Shown here: in pieces, positions 63,865 through 64,000 of the stretch
Layout of the letters: each line of letters opens with the position of its first letter
How positions within the stretch are numbered: the stretch's first letter is position 1
Origin: Pristiophorus japonicus
Taxonomy: Eukaryota
Assembly (NCBI RefSeq): GCF_044704955.1
Contig: NC_091987.1
Location: 30,442,001-30,506,000, forward strand
Direction of reading: 5' to 3'
Length of the DNA stretch: 64,000 nucleotides
Translations under genes and position numbers: made by a program
The notes under the pieces: generated by a model
Database searches by the model: none
The model's input: only the letters and a program-made list of their open reading frames with translations
Told to the model about the DNA's origin: nothing

Positions 63865-64000
63865 AAGAAAGACTTGCATTTATATAGCGCCTTTCACGAC
63901 CTCAAAATGTCCCAAAATGCTTTACGCCCAATGTGGTACTTTTGAAGTGCAGTCACTGTTGTATTGTAGGAAACGCGGCAGCCAATTTATGGACAACAAG
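63865..64000 (-). mobile_element. Deu-SINE 3' tail (runs off the window)
   Basis: AAAGACTTGCATTTATATAGCGCCTTTCACGACC, as at ~30955 and ~18265. Confidence 0.7.

Overview
Vertebrate genomic DNA, most likely a shark or other cartilaginous fish, judged from the CR1/L2/Deu-SINE/Penelope/Harbinger repeat landscape. The species cannot be fixed from the sequence. The minus strand carries coding exons 1-9 of LTN1 (listerin, the ribosome-quality-control E3 ligase; ATG at 33084, gene continues left of the window) and the complete RWDD2B gene (4 coding exons, 291 aa, plus a probable non-coding first exon). A CpG-rich bidirectional promoter at ~56.3-56.7 kb probably also fires a plus-strand non-coding first exon, inferred to be USP16 from the human LTN1-RWDD2B-USP16 gene order. 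LTN1 intron 2 holds an RPL37 processed pseudogene. The rest is mostly transposons: many CR1 and L2 LINEs, Deu-domain SINEs, a Vingi-like fragment, Penelope-like pieces with hammerhead-ribozyme motifs, a TA-flanked Tc1/mariner-type MITE, and a decayed two-gene PIF/Harbinger element (transposase plus Myb/SANT) with a family of related MITEs, several carrying consensus splice donors. Two locally templated inverted duplications and an unclassified 53-bp-arm foldback are also present. There is one assembly gap (4609-4939). I found no clear-cut new biological system; the findings are ranked candidates.
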